DNA of 64,000 nucleotides from Geosiphon pyriformis uo1. Its lineage: Eukaryota > Fungi > Glomeromycota. The notes beneath the pieces are model-generated. The model was given only the letters and a program-made list of their open reading frames with translations, ran no database searches and was not told the DNA's origin. The stretch spans positions 1-64,000 of the forward strand of contig JAAOMT010000480.1 of assembly GCA_016748015.1 (NCBI GenBank), read 5' to 3'. Position 1 is the first letter of the stretch. The number at the start of each line of letters is the position of its first letter. Shown here one piece after another: positions 11,369 through 22,781 of this stretch. Made by a program: the position numbers and the translations under genes.

Positions 11369-13572
11369 GATGGTATAAGCAAGTTCAGCAGTTTTTTCTT
11401 GTTTTTCTTGATTTTCTTCTTCATTGTTCTCTTCATCATCTGATTCATCTGATTGCTCATTTTTTTGATTCTGTTTGAGTACTAGAGAAGTTGTCTAATA
11501 GCAATATTTAACCACAATAGGTTTTTTACCACATTTAATAGTTAGCTCACAAAGTTTATAATCAAACAAGACTTTTGCCTTCTTAAGCCATTTATTGCCA
11601 ACAATAATAGTGTATTTTTTTGCTTTGAATACTTTTATGTCAGTCTTAATGCTGATGCTATTGATGTAAACAGAAATAGCTTTGGTTATACCAAGCCCTT
11701 TTTTTTTGTTACTGTGCACATTAGTTATTGGTTTGGTTGAGAGTTCATCAATCTTTCTACCAATGGCTTTCAGAAAGTGTTTGGCAATTACACTTACAGA
11801 TGATCTACTGTCTAGGATCAAGTCAATAAAATAACCAGCCATTTGGGCTTTGCAAATTAGAGAGATGACATTACTATTGTTAGTGAATTCAACTTGTCAA
11901 GAGCATTTATTAGTTTTTGGTGTCTTTTTTTTTAGGATTAAGGATTTGCAAAGATTTTTTTTGAATTGTGAATGGGTTATTAATTGGCCAAAGATAATGT
12001 GAACTGAAGTTTCTATAAGATCTTTAACAATGAAATAGGGACCAGATTTTTGTACAATTTTTGGAGATTCCAACTTTGAAGAATTTTTAAAAACTTTAGC
12101 CTTTGATGGCTCATTGTTATTAGTAGTTAATATAGATGTTTTGTTTGGGTTCAGAACTAATTCAATCTTGGCTTTTTTTTTTCTTGTTGATTTAGAGATA
12201 TTAATTGCTAATTCATCTATTTTATAGTCATTATTAGTTAAGTTAAAAACATAAAAGAGGTTTTTTTCTGGTTGGCTTGCACTTTTACCTTTTAAAGGTG
12301 CACCTACCAGTTTAAAGACTGATAAACAGTAGCTTTAACTAAAAGATTCTCTTCAAAAAAATTGATGTTAGTATAATTGGGTTTTTAATTAAAGACACTA
12401 TTGTTGTTGATTCTGTTGTCCTAATTATTATTATTTTTAGAAGCTAAAGGAAACAGAGAAGAATTGTTGCAATTTCTGAAAAAATGTCCAGTTAATCCAC
12501 AGCAATAACACACAAGTGGAACATGATTTTGTTGTTTTTAATAAGGGAGTTGCTAGGACTGATTAAAACAGAGTTCATATTTGGGTCTTTGGAGTTGTTG
12601 ATTCTCTTTAACTGCTTGAGCTAAAGGTTCTAATAGCCAGACAAGATTGGCTGTGAGTCTATCTATCAATTGTTCATTGGAATTTAGAATTTGAGCAGTA
12701 AAAGAAATGACAGCTATTTGAGAAGCAAAAACCATAACAGAAGCAAGAACAAAAACTGAAAGTGTGAATTCCAAGTACATTCTTTAATTGTTTTCAATTT
12801 GTTGGGCTGGTTCAATGGCCATATCTATTGTAGAATTGTCTTTCAGGGCCAAAAAAGACTAAAGAGCATATAAGAGATCAATTCTCAATTTTTTTGTAAA
12901 AGAATAAATTTTCTGTTCTTCTGTCCAGTTTTTTTCAGAGTTTATCTGCTTAATTAACTTTTTAATTGCTTTGGCATATTCAGTTACAACTTTACCAAAA
13001 TCTTGGGTTTTTTTTTCTAATTTCATGTACCATTTGAATATTAAGATAAAAATTCTAAATTTCATTTTAAATTAGGTAGTAAAAGAGGTATTGTTTTCTT
13101 CAGTATTTGCTGATGTCTATTTAATGATTCTTTGCTAAGCATTGGCATTGGTTTTTTGTAAGAACCAAGTAGCAAAAGAGTCTTGAAGGTAGCCACCAAT
13201 GATTTAAAACTTGTATTTATTATCATATTGGTTAACTGTAATAGCTTTTTCAAAGTCATTTAACCATTTAATTGAATCTTGTACATTATCTTTGAATAAT
13301 AATAATAAGATATTGTTTCTTTGCCTTAAAGCAGTTTGTATGCTTTAGAGAATGACCAGAATGTTTTATTGTATAGGGTCATTAGTCATTGGTTTAGAAA
13401 TAGCTGTTTGTGTGAAATGTTTTGATTTACTTAAAAAGAGATCAAAAACAAGAGCAGTTTGATAGCTTTTTTCTTCTGTTTTAAAGGGTGTTTTAGCTAG
13501 CTAATAAGTAGCAATCCAAATGTGAACTTGGTAATTTAAGTATTTAAAATCAGAAGACTGTTTTTTAAATAT

Positions 13573-16500
13573 TGTTACAGGTTGAAATAACAAGCTAATG
13601 GATAACAAGGAAGAATAAGATTGTAGGGTGATGGAAATAATCAAAAGAGAATTCAACTTTAAAGAGCAAATTGAATGAGTATAGATTCAATGTGTGAGAT
13701 CAATCTCATAAAATATCTCAGTCGCTATTCTTTTCAAAGGTAACTGGAGAATCTGAAGGTAGAGGGATAGTCTATACTGTTAACAATTGATCACCACTGG
13801 TATAATTCTATGTCTCATGTTGGCGCTCTTAAAATTCAATATTAGGTATCAACTTGTGCTTTTCAGTTATGTTTATTCAAATAATCTTCAAATGCTACAA
13901 TTATATATGTCAGGAAAAGGCCAACAAGTAATTTTTTATCCTAAGATGTTTGGATACTTGAAGGTAGAGAAAGGGAAATTAGCGATAAGAGAGTGATTGA
14001 GATGAAAGTTGTTATTTTTATTTATTTGATTCTTGTCTGAGAGATAATTTTCTATAGCTAAAAGACTTATTATTTATATAGCTATTGAAAGTGGTCAACA
14101 ACTAGGTCAATGATCACTATCTAAAAATAGAGTGACTAATTATATGTTATCAGTGGCTAATACATGTGATAATTAATAAAAATTATGAGTTTTAACTATA
14201 ACATTATTCTCTTCAAAAAGATTGAGCTTTGGCAAAATCAAGCTATTTATAGGGTATTCTAATTAAAGGGTTTTGTCTAACTCAAAACTAACTAGTTTGT
14301 TGAAGTCTTTTGTGGATAGAGTATATAGTACTTGAGGCGAAATAAGCTTTGTATCCAAGAAACCAAATCTTTGTATAAGAGTTTTGGCTCTTCTTGCAAT
14401 GGTCAAAACTCTTAGAACATCTAAACGTATAATGCCCAAAATTTCCACTTGTATCTCTGAAGTTGTTTTTTTCATGAGCTTCATTTCTTCTATAATTTCA
14501 CCAAGACAACCATAGAATTTTAGTTGTCTTTCATATAACAAGTTTTTGTCTATGGGCAAGATTTTCTTAATCGTTCTTCCAATTGTCATGGAAAGTGTAA
14601 GTATTGCTGCTGTTATGCTTTCCAGCAAATACTTATCCATTTTGCTACCAATTCTTTCTTTTCTGGTAGTGGTTTTCTTTGGTCTAATAACAGTATGTGT
14701 TCCATTGTTATTAGTTATGATGGTTTGTTTTCCAATGGTCAGAGTAGCATTTGGATAATTTTTGATCCAGTACTCATAGAGAGTATAGAAAGCATTTTGA
14801 ATGTTTTGATCTAGGAAATAATTGTTCATGTTGATTGAAGATACCTCTGTTTTGGGAATGGTACATTTATTTATATCTGATTTTTGTTGATCATTTGGAT
14901 TGGTATTACCACAACAGGTAACCAATCAGGTCGTTTGTAATATTTCTTGAGTCATGTGCCATAAACAGGGCGATCATTGAAGATTGTTTCATATTGATCT
15001 TATAAGATATAAGAACCATTGTTCAAAACTTTGTTAACTATAAAGGGTCTTTTCCACTGGCTAGAAAATTTATTACCATAGACATTGTTTTTGTCTGAAT
15101 GGTATTCTAAAACTAAGTCACCAACACTTAAGGAAAGTGTTTTATATGTTTTCTTTTTTTTAAGCTTCTCTTGAAATTGTTTTATCTTTTTAAAGGCAAT
15201 TATTCATGCTTCTATTAATGAGTCAAGAATGGTACTAAGTCTTCTTTGCAAAGTGTCTTTGTAATTCCCTATTGTTATTTCTTCAAAGGGTATTATCTCA
15301 ATGTCAGTTTCTATTGGTAGGATTGCCATTCATCTATAGAGTAGATAAAAGGATTCATAACTTGTTATGTCATGATTCACAGTTCTATAAGCGAACAAAG
15401 CTGAAGACAGTACTTTGTCCCATAAGTTTATTTCTTCACTGGTTTTGGCTAGGATTTCACATAGAGTTCTATTGAAATGTTCTACTAGGCCATTTGTTTA
15501 GGGGTGATAAGGAGAGGAAAGTTTGTGACATATTCCCATTTTTTTGCAAAGTTCTTCAACAAGTGTACTGAGAAAAGCTCTTCCTCTGTCAAATAAAAGT
15601 TCTTTGGGGCAGCCATGGTGACAAATAATATCTTCATAAATGAAATTGGCTATTGAGACTGCTGTTTGGTCTGAAGTGGCTTTTGCTTCTATCCACTTTG
15701 TAAAATAATCGGTAGCTGTGATAATGTATCTGTTGCCATTAGGAGTTATTGTTAAAGGTTCAACAACATCTATACCAATTCTGTCAAAGGGTTGACCAAC
15801 AGAGATTAGATGGATATCTTCTTTGCGATTGGGTTTTCCTCTTCTTTGGCAGATATTACAGGTTTTAATGTATTCAGCAATGTCTTTTTCCAAGGTAGGC
15901 CAATAATAACGAGCTAGAGTTTTCTGAATTGTTTTTGTTTTTCCAAAGTGTCTAGCTAATGGATCAGTGTGCATATTGTAGATCACAATTTTTCTTTCTT
16001 CAAATCTAATAACTCTCTGGGAGTGGTCAGGATCTTTTCTATTTCTTTTATAAAGTTGGTTTTAGCGAATCAAATAGAAATTTGATTGTTTGCACAAATG
16101 TTCTCTTTGTTGTTGTGTGTATTTTGGTGGGTATTGTTCTTTACCCAAAAATTTCATTAAGACAGAGTAGTTGTCCAAGTTCATTATCGTGTTTGTCAAA
16201 AAGGGGAATTACTAATAATTAAGTTGGTTTGGTTTGAGAGGGTTGTTCTGTCACTGAATGGTAAGTCTGGAGAGAGTGTCAGTGTTTTGATGATTAGCTT
16301 CTTTGTGATGTTGAATATCATAGTCGAATTCATCCAAGTGGAGTATTCAGCAAATTATCTATTTGTGTTCTAGCCTCTTTTTGTTGCACAGCCAAACCAA
16401 AGCTTGGTGATCTGTTACCACCAAAAACTTCACACCAAGAAGATACTTATGCAAAAGAAGTAGCAGCCACTTGAGGAGTGGAAGCCATGACAGGAGCAGG

Positions 16501-18302
16501 AGCAAAAATTGGAAGTGTGAATCTCAGATGCATCCTTTGGTTATTTTCAATCTTTTGGGCGAGTTCAATAGCCATATTCATTGTAGAGTTGTCTTTTAGA
16601 GCCAAGAGAGGCCAAAGAGCATATAAATTAGTTCTCAATCTTTTTGTAAAGGAATAAATTTTTTGCTTTTCAGTCCAGTTTCTACCAGAGTCTACACACT
16701 TAATGAGTTTTCTGATTGCTTTGGCATATTCAGTCACAATTTCACCAGGATTTTGGGTTCTTCTTTCTAATTCCATATGCCATTTGGATATTAAGATGGG
16801 GGTTCTGAATTTGTTTTCAAACCGGGTAGTAAAAGAGGTATTGTTTTCTCTAATATTTGCTAGGGTCCATTTAACAATTCTTTGTTGAGCACCAGTATTG
16901 GTTTTTTGTGAAAACCAGATAGCAGGGAAGCCTTGAAGGTAGCCATCAATGATTTAGAACTTGTATTCATTATCATACTGGTTTGCAATGGCTGCTCTTT
17001 TAAAATCATCCAACCATTCAATTGGATCTTGGGCATCACTTCTGAATAGAGGTAGTGGGGTGTTGTTTCTTCATCCCAAAGCAGTTTGTATGCTTTGGAG
17101 GGCAGCCAGGATGTTTACTTGCATTGGATCTTGGGCCATTGGTTCAGGAGTTACTGTTTGTGTGGAGTGCTCTGATTCACTTAAGAAGAAATCAAAAATA
17201 GGGGCTGTTTGGTAGCTTTCTTCTTTTGTTTCAAGAGGAGTTACTGTTGATTGATGGGCAGCAATCCAAATATGGATTTGATGATTCAGATATTCAAAAT
17301 CAGGGGGCTGTTGTTCAAAGATTGTAAAATATAAGAGCTGATTGATACTGTTATTTCTTTCTTCAAAGTCATTTTCAAAATAAGCTTGATCAAAGTAATA
17401 GGTTGTATAAGTTGTATAGATTTCAGCTAAATGCTCATTCAGGAACCAGTTCCAAAAGTCTTGGAATTGTCTGCTAGATTGTTTTTCAATGGGAAAGCAG
17501 ATTAAGCAGGAGGGCAGAGGATTAAGTTCAATGAAATCTAGATTGTTTCTGTTGTATGCTGTAAAGTGTTCTTCTGATTGCTGTGACAGATATGAGTAAT
17601 CACCCATATAATGAGGAAATAAGTGAATTTTGACAACCTCACAGGAAGCACCACTTTTATGTTATGGATTGAAGTAACAAGCTAACAGATAGCAAGGGAG
17701 AACAAGATTGTAGGATGATGGAAATAATCAAAGGGGAATTCAACTTTAAAGAGCAAATTGAATGAGTATGGATTCAATGTGCGAGATCAGTCTCATAAAA
17801 TATCTCAGTTGCTATTCTTTTCAAAGGTAACTGGGGAATCTGAAGGTAGAGGGATAGTCCGTACTGTCAACAATTGATCACCACTGGTATAATTTTATGT
17901 CTTATATCGGTGCTTTTAGAATTCAATATTAGGTATCAACTTGTGCTTTTCAGTTACATTTATTCAAATAATCTTCAAATACTACCATTATATACATCAG
18001 GAAAAGGCCAACAAGTAATCTTTTATCTTAAAATGTTTAGATACTTGAAGGTAGGGAAAGAGAAATTAGCAATAAGAGAGTGATTGAGATAAAAGTTGTT
18101 ATTTTTATTTATCTGATTCTTGTCTAAGAGATAATTTTCTACAGCTAAGAGACTTATTGCTTATATAGCTATTGAAAGTGGTCAATGACCAGGTCAACGA
18201 CTAGGTCAATGATTACTATATAAAAATAGAGTGGCTAATTATATGACATTAGTGGCTAATACATGTGATAATTAATAAAAATTATGGGTTTCAATTGTAA
18301 CA
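13573..18302 (-). mobile_element. Family A element A4, internally deleted (lacks gag C-terminus, PR, RT and most RNase H)
   Basis: LTRs at 13573-14203 and 17660-18302, TSD ATAT on both sides. Gag (...AATSFA) is joined to the RNase H end at ~16448. Integrase ORF 15498-15986 has HHCC and catalytic-core motifs. Confidence 0.92.
14174..14829 (-). pseudogene. Family A accessory ORF3 (best-preserved copy)
   Basis: Open from MNNYFLDQNIQNAF to ...FELDKTL (stop at 14263, CAA in A1). The reconstructed end lies inside the 3' LTR. Confidence 0.8.
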
Positions 18303-19346
18303 ATATTGTGGAATATAAAAGCTGATTGATGCTGTTGTTTTTTTCTTCAAAGTTGTTTTCAAAATAAGCTTGGTTAAAGTAATAAGTTGTATATTCTGTG
18401 TAAGTTTCAGCTGAATGCTCATTCAGAAACCAGTTCCAAAAGTTTTGATATTGTTTACTGAATTGTTTTTCAATAGAAAAGCAAATTAAGCAAAAAGACA
18501 AAAAATTGAGTTCAATAAAATCTAGATTATTTTTGTTGTGTGCTTTAAAGTGTTCTTTTAATTGTTGTAACAAGTATGAATAATCACTCATACAATAAGA
18601 AACAAAGTGGATTTTGACAATTTCACAGGGAGCACTACTTTTATGTTATAGGTTGGAGTAACAAGCTAACAGATAACAAGAAAAAACAGGATTGTAAAGT
18701 AATGAAAAAAATCAAAGAGAATTTAACTTCAAAGAGCAAATTGAATGAGTATGGATTCAATGTATAAAATCAGTCTTATAAAATATCTCAGTCATTATAC
18801 TTTTTAAAAGATAACTGAGGAATTTGAAAGTAGAAGGATAGTCTGTACTGTCAACAAATAATTACACACTGGTATAATTCTATGTCTTATGTTAGCACTC
18901 TTATAATTTAATATTAAGTATTAAATGTACTTTTCAGTCACGTTTTATTTAATAATTTTTAAATACTACAATTACATGTTTCAAAAAAAAGGTAGAAAAT
19001 AACCAACAAGTAATCTTTTATTTCAAGATGTTTGAATACTTGAAGATAAGGAAAAAGAAATTAGCAATAAGAGAAAGATTGAAATAAAAGTTGTTATTTT
19101 ATTTATTTGATTTCCTTATTTTTTGACATACTTTTCTACAGCTAAGAGATTTATTGCTTATATAACTATCAAAAGTAGTCAATGATTAGGTCAACAATTA
19201 GATTAATAATCAGATTAATAATCAGATCAATAGTTAGGTTATTGATCAAATTAATAATTACTATCTAAAAATAAAGTGGCTAATTATATAATATCAATAG
19301 TTAATATATGTAATAACTAAAAAAAATATGAATTTCAACCATAATA

Positions 19347-22300
19347 ATATTAAATCTTTTTTTGGATAATAATTCACCTAGTTTTTTGGTTATTTTATTA
19401 CAAAAAATAGAATTTTTTCTAATCCAGCCAAAGTTGAAAAAGTCAAAAACATTAAACAATTAATAAATATTTATAAACTATGCTCTTTCTTTGAATTGAT
19501 CTCCTATTATTGCAAATTCATTAAAGATTTCTCTAAAATCACTTTTCTTTTTAATCAGCTATTCAAAAAAAATGTCAATTATTATTGGAGTATATATCAA
19601 CAAAAGCATTTGAAACTTTGAAGAAAAAATTAGTTACAGAACCTACTTTTATGCAATCTGATCTGAATCAATTTTTAATTTTTTATACTAATATATTCAG
19701 CTATAGACTTGGTACTGTTTTCTTACAGAAAAATAAAAATGGCAAGGAACATACTATAGCATATACAAGTAGAATACTCTTACCAGCAAAACAAAATTAT
19801 TTAATTATTAAGCAAGAATGCTTAACAGTAATTTAGACAACTAGTTATTGGAATAAATATTTTTTTGGTATAAAATTTCTAATGATAACAGATTATCAAG
19901 CCTTAGTTTGGTTATGTAACAAAAAAAAACTTAATCACAAAAAAATAATTCACTAGATACTCCACTTGGATGAATTTAACCATAACATTCAACATTACAA
20001 AAGAACAAATTATCAAAATACCAATGCTTTTTCCAGACTTATCACTTAGTAATAATACAATTTTTACAAACCAAACCAACCTAATTATTAGTAACTCCTT
20101 CTTAACCAAACATGATAATAGACTTGGACAACTACTCTGTACTAATAAAATTTTTGGATAAAGAACAATACTCATCAGATTACACTTAACAGCAAAGAAA
20201 ATATTTGTGCAAACAATCAAATTTCTATTTAATTTGCCAGAACCAACTTTATAAAAGAAATAAAAAAGATTTTAACTATTTTCAAAGAGTTATTAAATTT
20301 AAAGAAAGAAAAATTGTGATTTATAACATATACATTAATCCATTAGTTAAACACTTTGAAAAAACAAAAACAATTCAGAAAACTTTAACTTGCTATTATT
20401 GGTCTATCTTGAAAAAAGACATTGCTAAATACATCAAAATCTGTAATACTTGTCAAAAAAAAAGAAAACCCAATTACAAAAAAATATACACCCCATTTCT
20501 GTTAGTTAATTATTTGACAGAATTGATATAAATGTTGTTAGATTTTTAACAGTAACTTCTAATGACAACAGATACAGTATATTATTATAGTTATTAACTA
20601 TTTTACAAAATAGGTAGAAGCAAAAGCCATTTCAAATCAAATAGCAGTTTTTATAGCCAATTTTATTTATAAAGATATTATCTGTCATTATGGCTGTTTC
20701 AAAGAACTTTTATTTGACAAAGAAAGAGCTTTTCTTAATATACTGGTTAAAAAACTTTGTAGAAAAATGAAAATACATTATAAACTTTTTTTTTCTTACT
20801 ATTTTTAAACAAATGGCTTAGTAGAATGTTTTAACAGAATATTATATAAAATCTTAACCAAAACCAGTAAAAAAACAAACTTATAAAACAAAGTACTGCT
20901 TTCAGCTTTGTTTGTTTATAGAACTGTAAATTATAACATAACAAGTTATAAACCTTTTTATTTATTTTATGAATGAATGGCAACTTTACTAATAGAAATT
21001 AATATTAAGACAATATCTTTTAAAAAAATTACAATAAAAAATTACAAAAACATTTTGTAGAGAAAATTTGGTATCATTTTTGATTCCTTGGTAGAGGCAC
21101 AAATAATTGCTTTTAAAAAGATAAAACAGTTTCAAAAAAAGCTTAAAAAAAAATCTATAAAACACTTTCTTTAAGTATTGATAACTTAATTTAGAATATC
21201 ACTTAAACAGAAACAAGATCTATAGTAATAAGTTTTTTAGCCAATAAAAAAGATTCTTTTTAGTCAAAAAAGTTTTAAATAATGGTTTTTATATCTTACA
21301 AAATCAATATAAAACAATTTTTAATAATTACTTTTTTTATGGTACATGACTCAAAAAATATTACAAATGACTTAATTGGTTACCTGTTGTAGTAATACCA
21401 ACCCAAATAATTAACAAAAATCAAGTATAAATAAATGCATCATTTCTAAAACATAGGTATTTTTAATCAACATAAACAATTATTTTTTGGATCAAAATAT
21501 TTAAAACATTTTTTATATTCTCTATAAGTATTGGATCAAAAACTATCCAAATGCTACTTTAATTATTAGAAAACAGATCACCATAACTGATAACAATAGA
21601 ACACATACTGTTATTAGACCAAAAAAAATTACTACTAGAAGAGAAAAAACTGGCAACAAAATAAATAAATATCTGTTGAAAAGCATAACAGCAGTAATAC
21701 TTTTACCTTCTAGTACAATTGAAAATACAATCTAAAAAATTCTACTTATAGATAAAAATTTGTTATATAAAAGACAATTAGAATTTTATGATTGTTTTAG
21801 TAAAATTATAGAAGATATAAAGCTCATAAAGAAAACAACTTCAGAAATACAAATAAAAATTTTGGGCATTAAATAATTAGATATTCCAAGAGTTTTAACT
21901 ATTGCTAAAAAAGCCAAAACTCTTATATAAAGATTTGGTCTCTTAAATACAAAACTTATTTTGTCTTAAATATTATATATTTTATTCACAAAAAACTTTA
22001 ATAAACTATTTAGTTTTAAGCTAAACAAAACTTTTCAAATAAATTATTCTATAAATAGCTTGATTTTGTTGAAGCTCAATTTCTTTGAAAAGAATAATAT
22101 TATAATTGAAACTCATATTTTTTATTAGTTATTACATGTATTAGCTACTAATATTATATAATTAGCCACCCTATTTTTAGATAGTAATCATTGATCTAAT
22201 TAATAACCTAACTGTTGATTTGATCATTGATCTAATTATTGACTTAGTTATTAATCTGATTATTGATTATTTTCAATAGCTATATAAGTAATGAATTTTT

Positions 22301-22781
22301 TTGCTGTAGAAAAGTATGTAAAAATCAAAGAAAGCAAAAAAATAAAATAACAACTTTATCTTAATTTTTTTTTTTTGCTAATTTTTCTTTCTTTATTTTA
22401 AAGTATCTAAACATATTAAAATAAAAGATTATTTGTTGGCATTTACTTATTTTTTTTCTAACTTGAATAATTATTGAATAAAACATAACTGAAAAAACAT
22501 TTAATATCTGATATCAAATTTTAAGAGTGTTAATATAAGACATAAAATTATACTAGTGTATTATTATTTGTTAACAGTATGAACTGTTTTTTTACATTCA
22601 AATTTTCCAGTTATTTTTTGAAAAAAATAATAACTGAGATATTTTATAAGATTGATCTCATATATTGAATCCATACTTATTTAATTTGCTTATTAAAGTT
22701 GAATTTTCTTTGATTAATTTCATTATCTTACAATTTTGTTCTCTCTTGTTATCTGTTAATTTATTATTACAACTTATAATA
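19347..22781 (+). mobile_element. Family A element A6, 3' half (RT end, RNase H, IN, ORF3, 3' LTR 22098-22781), heavily decayed
   Basis: Colinear with A1 43280-46708. Confidence 0.85.

Larger units (their letters stand above)
11369..19346 (-). mobile_element. Family A element A5 (5' LTR 18644-19346, PBS, gag, protease), truncated and interrupted by A4
   Basis: Gag is continuous across the A4 insertion (13572/18303). Protease LILDSRSSVSVI lies in ORF 11495-11842. Confidence 0.85.

Noticed and set aside
13787-13996. 69-aa antisense LTR ORF (MITTGIILCL...), repeated at 17874 and 39275
   Set aside because: It starts at TTG/GTG, recurs only because it is in one LTR subtype, is frameshifted in the A1 3' LTR and is absent from other subtypes.
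14546-14758. Hydrophobic short ORFs resembling membrane proteins (also 4734, 34490, 53311)
   Set aside because: Antisense shadows of A-rich coding strands, so not evidence for env.
17770-17870. Functional intron-containing tRNA-Met gene in the LTR
   Set aside because: Only the anticodon-arm and variable-region blocks match. There is no adjacent D arm, GTTCGA T loop or acceptor stem.
10009-22781. Pairing LTR 10009 with LTR 22098 as one element
   Set aside because: Different LTR subtypes, non-identical flanks (ATAT versus ATGT) and different host sequences on each side.
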